Shown one piece after another: positions 27,996 through 32,000 of a stretch of 32,000 bases of DNA (positions within the stretch are counted from its first letter, which is position 1; every line of letters begins with the position of its first letter). The position numbers and the translations under genes are program-made. Below the pieces are notes generated by a model, which saw only the letters and a list, made by a program, of their open reading frames with translations, did not search any database and was not told where the DNA came from. The DNA comes from Mycobacterium leprae TN (GTDB lineage: Bacteria > Actinomycetota > Actinomycetes > Mycobacteriales > Mycobacteriaceae): positions 2,430,001 through 2,462,000 of the forward strand of contig NC_002677.1 of assembly GCF_000195855.1 (NCBI RefSeq). Direction: 5' to 3'.

Positions 27996-30191
27996 ATGAC
28001 TGATCGCGTGTCGGCGGGGAATTTGCGCGTCGCCCGTGTGCTTTACGACTTCGTCAACAACGAAGCCCTGCCTGGCACCGACATCAACCCAAACAGCTTC
28101 TGGTCGGGCGTCGCCAAGGTCGTCGCCGACCTCACCCCGCAAAACCAAAGTTTGCTGAACTCCCGCGATGAGCTGCAGGCCCAGATTGACAAATGGCACC
28201 GCCATCGTGTGATCGAGCCATTCGACGTGGATGCTTATCGGCAGTTCCTCATCGATATCGGCTATCTGCTGCCTGAACCCGATGACTTCACCATCAGCAC
28301 CTCAGGAGTAGACGACGAGATCACCATGACCGCCGGCCCGCAGCTGGTGGTGCCGGTACTTAACGCACGGTTCGCACTCAACGCCGCCAACGCCCGCTGG
28401 GGCTCCCTTTACGACGCTCTATATGGCACCGACACCATACCGGAAACCGAGGGAGCCGAAAAGGGCTCTGAGTACAACAAGATTCGCGGCGACAAGGTGA
28501 TCGCCTACGCACGCAAGTTTATGGATCAGGCCGTCCCGCTGGCTTCTGACTCATGGACTAACGCTACGGGAGTGAGCATCTTCGACGGCCAGCTTCAGAT
28601 CGCCATCGGCACGAATTCCACCGGATTAGCCAGTCCCGAAAAGTTTGTCGGCTACAATCGCCAGTTGCGATCCTCCAACTGGTCGGTGCTGTTGGCCAAT
28701 CACGGCCTGCACATCGAGGTCTTGATCGACCCGGAATCACCAATAGGCAAGACTGACCCCGTCGGCATCAAGGATGTGATCCTGGAATCGGCCATCACCA
28801 CGATCATGGACTTCGAAGACTCAGTCACTGCCGTCGACGCCGACGACAAGGTACGCGGCTACCGCAACTGGCTCGGCCTGAACAAAGGTGACTTAACCGA
28901 GGAAGTCAACAAGGACGGCAAGACCTTCACCCGCGTGCTCAACGCCGACCGCAGCTACACCACGCCCGACGGCGGTGAATTGACCCTGCCCGGGCGCAGC
29001 CTGTTGTTCGTCCGCAACGTGGGCCATCTGACGACCAGCGACGCGATTCTCGTGGACGGAGGTGACGGTCAGGAAAAAGAAGTGTTCGAGGGCATCATAG
29101 ATGCAGTGTTCACCGGTCTGGCCGCAATCCACGGACTCAAAACCGGCGAAGCTAATGGCCCACTGACCAACAGCCGCACCGGTTCCATCTACATCGTCAA
29201 GCCGAAAATGCACGGTCCCGCGGAGGTTGCGTTCACTTGCGAGCTGTTCAGCCGCGTCGAAGACGTGCTGGGGTTGCCGCAGGGCACCTTGAAGGTCGGC
29301 ATCATGGATGAGGAGCGGCGTACGACACTCAATTTGAAGGCGTGCATCAAGGCCGCCGCCGATCGGGTCGTGTTTATCAACACTGGCTTCTTGGACCGCA
29401 CCGGCGACGAGATCCACACCTCAATGGAGGCCGGCCCGATGATTCGTAAGGGTGCGATGAAAAACAGCACCTGGATCAAAGCCTACGAGGACGCCAATGT
29501 TGACATCGGACTAGCCGCAGGCTTCAAGGGCAAAGCACAGATCGGCAAGGGCATGTGGGCAATGACCGAATTAATGGCTGATATGGTCGAGCAGAAGATC
29601 GGCCAGCCTAAGGCGGGCGCCACCACCGCGTGGGTACCCTCGCCCACTGCGGCCACGCTGCATGCGATGCACTACCACCAGGTCGACGTGGCTGCCGTGC
29701 AACAAGAACTGACCGGCCAGAGACGTGCCACCGTTGACCAGCTGTTGACCATTCCGTTGGCCAAGAAACTGGCCTGGGCTCCCGAGGAGATCCGCGAGGA
29801 GGTCGATAATGACTGTCAGTCCATCCTCGGTTATGTGGTGCGCTGGGTGGACCAGGGTATCGGTTGCTCGAAGGTGCCTGACATCCACAATGTGGCACTA
29901 ATGGAGGACCGCGCCACCCTGCGGATCTCGAGCCAGTTGCTAGCAAACTGGCTGCGCCACGGCGTAATCACCAGCGAGGACGTGCGGGCCAGCCTGGAAC
30001 GGATGGCGCCGTTAGTCGATCAGCAAAACGCCGAAGACCCAGCATATCGCCCGATGGCGCCTAATTTCGATGACAGCATCGCGTTCCTAGCGGCGCAGGA
30101 ACTGATACTGTCCGGCGCACAACAGCCCAACGGCTATACCGAGCCGATCCTGCATCGCCGTCGTCGCGAATTCAAGGCACAGAACCGGTGA
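27996..30191 (+). CDS. glcB: Malate synthase G, 731 aa
   Basis: [30 protein letters not shown]... is colinear throughout with M. tuberculosis GlcB (Rv1837c) as recalled. GGAGGAG lies 6 nt upstream of the ATG at 27996. Confidence 0.95.
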   Translation: MTDRVSAGNLRVARVLYDFVNNEALPGTDINPNSFWSGVAKVVADLTPQNQSLLNSRDELQAQIDKWHRHRVIEPFDVDAYRQFLIDIGYLLPEPDDFTISTSGVDDEITMTAGPQLVVPVLNARFALNAANARWGSLYDALYGTDTIPETEGAEKGSEYNKIRGDKVIAYARKFMDQAVPLASDSWTNATGVSIFDGQLQIAIGTNSTGLASPEKFVGYNRQLRSSNWSVLLANHGLHIEVLIDPESPIGKTDPVGIKDVILESAITTIMDFEDSVTAVDADDKVRGYRNWLGLNKGDLTEEVNKDGKTFTRVLNADRSYTTPDGGELTLPGRSLLFVRNVGHLTTSDAILVDGGDGQEKEVFEGIIDAVFTGLAAIHGLKTGEANGPLTNSRTGSIYIVKPKMHGPAEVAFTCELFSRVEDVLGLPQGTLKVGIMDEERRTTLNLKACIKAAADRVVFINTGFLDRTGDEIHTSMEAGPMIRKGAMKNSTWIKAYEDANVDIGLAAGFKGKAQIGKGMWAMTELMADMVEQKIGQPKAGATTAWVPSPTAATLHAMHYHQVDVAAVQQELTGQRRATVDQLLTIPLAKKLAWAPEEIREEVDNDCQSILGYVVRWVDQGIGCSKVPDIHNVALMEDRATLRISSQLLANWLRHGVITSEDVRASLERMAPLVDQQNAEDPAYRPMAPNFDDSIAFLAAQELILSGAQQPNGYTEPILHRRRREFKAQNR

Positions 30192-30385
30192 CGGATGCAG
30201 GCTGCTGGCGGCCAGCTGTGAGAGCACCACCAGCCGCGCCGCGGCTAAGGACAGAATCGGGTCCATCTAGATAGAACCGCTGCCTTACGCCAGCTCGGCA
30301 TACGGTTATGTAGTCGATGACTAAACTCGGCGCCGAGTTCAAACCAGATCAGACACGGATCAACAGAAAGGCGGCGAATACCGGT

Positions 30386-32000
30386 ATGGGTAGGCACAGC
30401 ATGCCCGACCCTGAGGATTCCATCGATCAGCCATCTAACCAATTTGCTGCATCCGGGCCGGATCAGAGCGACGAGATAGATCACGGCTACCAAAGCAGGA
30501 TGGGGTACCCAGAGCCTGTTTTTGAACCAGCGGCTACCGGCTCGCCGAGCTACCGGAGCTACCCGCACGGAGCAGAGCATCCGGCTGACTCCACACCCGA
30601 GGCTCTCGACGAAACCATCGATTACCAGAGTTACTGGGCGGAAGACCGCAACGAGGACCTTTTTGTCGATGGTGCAGCCGACGACCACCCAGACTTTCCT
30701 CCCCGACCCGCGGGCTCGTCGACTAGCTCACAGGCACCGACCAGCCTGTCGCACCTATTCAAAGCTAGCCACCGTAGCGTCGGCAAATGGCAAGGCGGAC
30801 ACCGCAGTGACGGCGGACGACGAGGGGTCAGCATCGGCGTGATCGCGACCCTCGTCGCGGTCGTGGTGCTAGTGGGCGCGGTGATCATGTGGAGTTTCCT
30901 CGGCCATATCTTGAACAATCGCAAGCACCAGGCAGCCGCACGCTGCGTAGGTGGTCACCAGACGGTCGCTGTCGTCGCCGATCCGTCGATCGCCGATTAC
31001 CTGCAAGAGTTCGCCCAAAGTTACAACGCATCCGCCCGACCGGTGGGCGACCACTGCATGATGGTGACTGTCAAACCTGTCGGCTCGGAGGCAGCCCTCA
31101 CTGGTTTCAACGACAGTTGGCCAGCTAATTTAGGGGACAAACCGGCACTGTGGATACCGGGCAGCTCGATCTCCGCAGCACGGCTCGCCGTGACCGCGGA
31201 TCAGAAGACAATCAGCGAAAGCCATTCTCTGGTGACGTCGCCAGTGCTGCTAGCGGTTCGGCCCGAATTCGAGCAGGCCCTCGCCAACAAGGGCTGGGCA
31301 GCACTGCCCGGCCTGCAAACCAATCCGAACTCCTTGGCTGATTTGAACCTGCCGGCCTGGGGATCACTCCGGCTGGCCTTGCCGATGAACGGCAACAGCG
31401 ACGCCACGTTTTTGGCCGGCGAGGCGGTAGCGACTGCGTCGGTACCTGCTGGTGCACCTGCAATCCAGGGCGTGGGAGCAGTGCGCACCCTAATGAGCGC
31501 CCAACCCAAACTCGCCGACAGCACCTGGGCAGAAGCGATGAGCACACTGCTCAAACCCGGTGACGTAGCAACTGCACCAGTGCACGCTGTGATCACCACC
31601 GAGCAGCAGCTATTCCAACGCGGCCAGTCATTGTCAGACGCCAAGAGCGCTTTGGGATCCTGGCTACCGCACGGGCCTGCGCCTGTTGCTGACTATCCCG
31701 CGGTGCTGCTCAACGGCTCGTGGCTGACACAGGAACAAGCCGCAGCGGCCAGTGAGTTTGCTCGGTTCGTGCAAAAACCCGACCAGCTAGCGAAGCTGGC
31801 TAAAGCTGGTTTTCGAGTTAACGGCGTCACACCGCCGAGCAGTTCCGTTACCAGTTTCGCGGCGGTGCCTTCCACCGTCTCGGTAGGTGACGACGGGATG
31901 CGCGCCACACTGGTCGAAGAAATGATCCAGCCGTCTAGCGGAGTAGCAGCGACTATCATGCTAGACCAGTCGATGCCCACCGATGAGGGCGGCAAAACCC
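30386..32000 (+). CDS. Conserved membrane-anchored protein (Rv1836c-like), 5' 538 codons; the 3' end lies beyond the window
   Basis: My own translation from the ATG at 30386 is uninterrupted to base 32000. It starts MGRHSMPDPEDSIDQ..., has a single TM helix GVSIGVIATLVAVVVLVGAVIMWSF (about 30824-30901), then CVGGHQTVAVVADPSIADYL...LWIPGSSISAARL...ATIMLDQSMPTDEGG. It is not in the ORF track because no stop is reached. Confidence 0.85.
   Translation, partial: MGRHSMPDPEDSIDQPSNQFAASGPDQSDEIDHGYQSRMGYPEPVFEPAATGSPSYRSYPHGAEHPADSTPEALDETIDYQSYWAEDRNEDLFVDGAADDHPDFPPRPAGSSTSSQAPTSLSHLFKASHRSVGKWQGGHRSDGGRRGVSIGVIATLVAVVVLVGAVIMWSFLGHILNNRKHQAAARCVGGHQTVAVVADPSIADYLQEFAQSYNASARPVGDHCMMVTVKPVGSEAALTGFNDSWPANLGDKPALWIPGSSISAARLAVTADQKTISESHSLVTSPVLLAVRPEFEQALANKGWAALPGLQTNPNSLADLNLPAWGSLRLALPMNGNSDATFLAGEAVATASVPAGAPAIQGVGAVRTLMSAQPKLADSTWAEAMSTLLKPGDVATAPVHAVITTEQQLFQRGQSLSDAKSALGSWLPHGPAPVADYPAVLLNGSWLTQEQAAAASEFARFVQKPDQLAKLAKAGFRVNGVTPPSSSVTSFAAVPSTVSVGDDGMRATLVEEMIQPSSGVAATIMLDQSMPTDEGGKT

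Noticed and set aside
30245-31995. Minus-strand ORFs 30245-30688, 30631-30924, 31201-31644 and 31693-31995, and short plus ORFs in other frames
   Set aside because: All overlap the uninterrupted plus-strand frame starting at 30386, which matches a conserved mycobacterial protein. They are shadow frames.

Overview
This is a high-GC actinobacterial chromosome segment that reads like a leprosy-bacillus-type genome (Mycobacterium leprae or a very close relative). That identification is an inference from protein sequences I recognise and from the very high pseudogene load.

Fifteen genes look intact:
- a bfd-like 2Fe-2S ferredoxin
- oxyR, ahpC, lldD2, adhA
- a GlsB/YeaQ-type small membrane protein
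- apa (modD)
- a short-chain dehydrogenase
- ndh, blaI, blaR, gnd, guaB1, glcB
- the first 1.6 kb of an Rv1836c-like membrane protein; this frame runs off the 3' end of the window, so it is missing from the supplied ORF track

Interleaved with them are at least 17 decayed genes:
- ahpD
- a GH13 glycosidase
- a mazE/mazF-like toxin-antitoxin pair
- DUF385-like and TfoX-like fragments
- a ferredoxin reductase, a MOSC fragment and a CPBP protease
- modA, modB and modC
- an LLM oxidoreductase
- two tandem CNNM/CBS membrane proteins
- a possible PPOX-like fragment

By my coordinates, intact coding sequence is about 15.3 kb of 32 kb (about 48%). Gene order follows what I recall of M. tuberculosis Rv1876 down to Rv1836c. 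The differences are that oxyR-ahpC-ahpD sits here, and that the urease cluster and the PE_PGRS/vapBC genes are absent.

I found no tRNA or rRNA genes, no CRISPR array, no transposase or integrase, and no convincing novel multi-gene system. The window looks like a syntenic core region undergoing reductive decay.

The items most worth a second look are:
- a dead ahpD beside intact oxyR-ahpC
- candidate OxyR, IdeR and BlaI operators
- two perfect tandem duplications (21 bp and 22 bp) inside the mod pseudogenes
- a pair of mutually exclusive hairpins upstream of glcB
- a fossil mazEF module
- retention of apa alone out of the mod locus

All homology statements come from my own reading of the translations. 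No database search was run.
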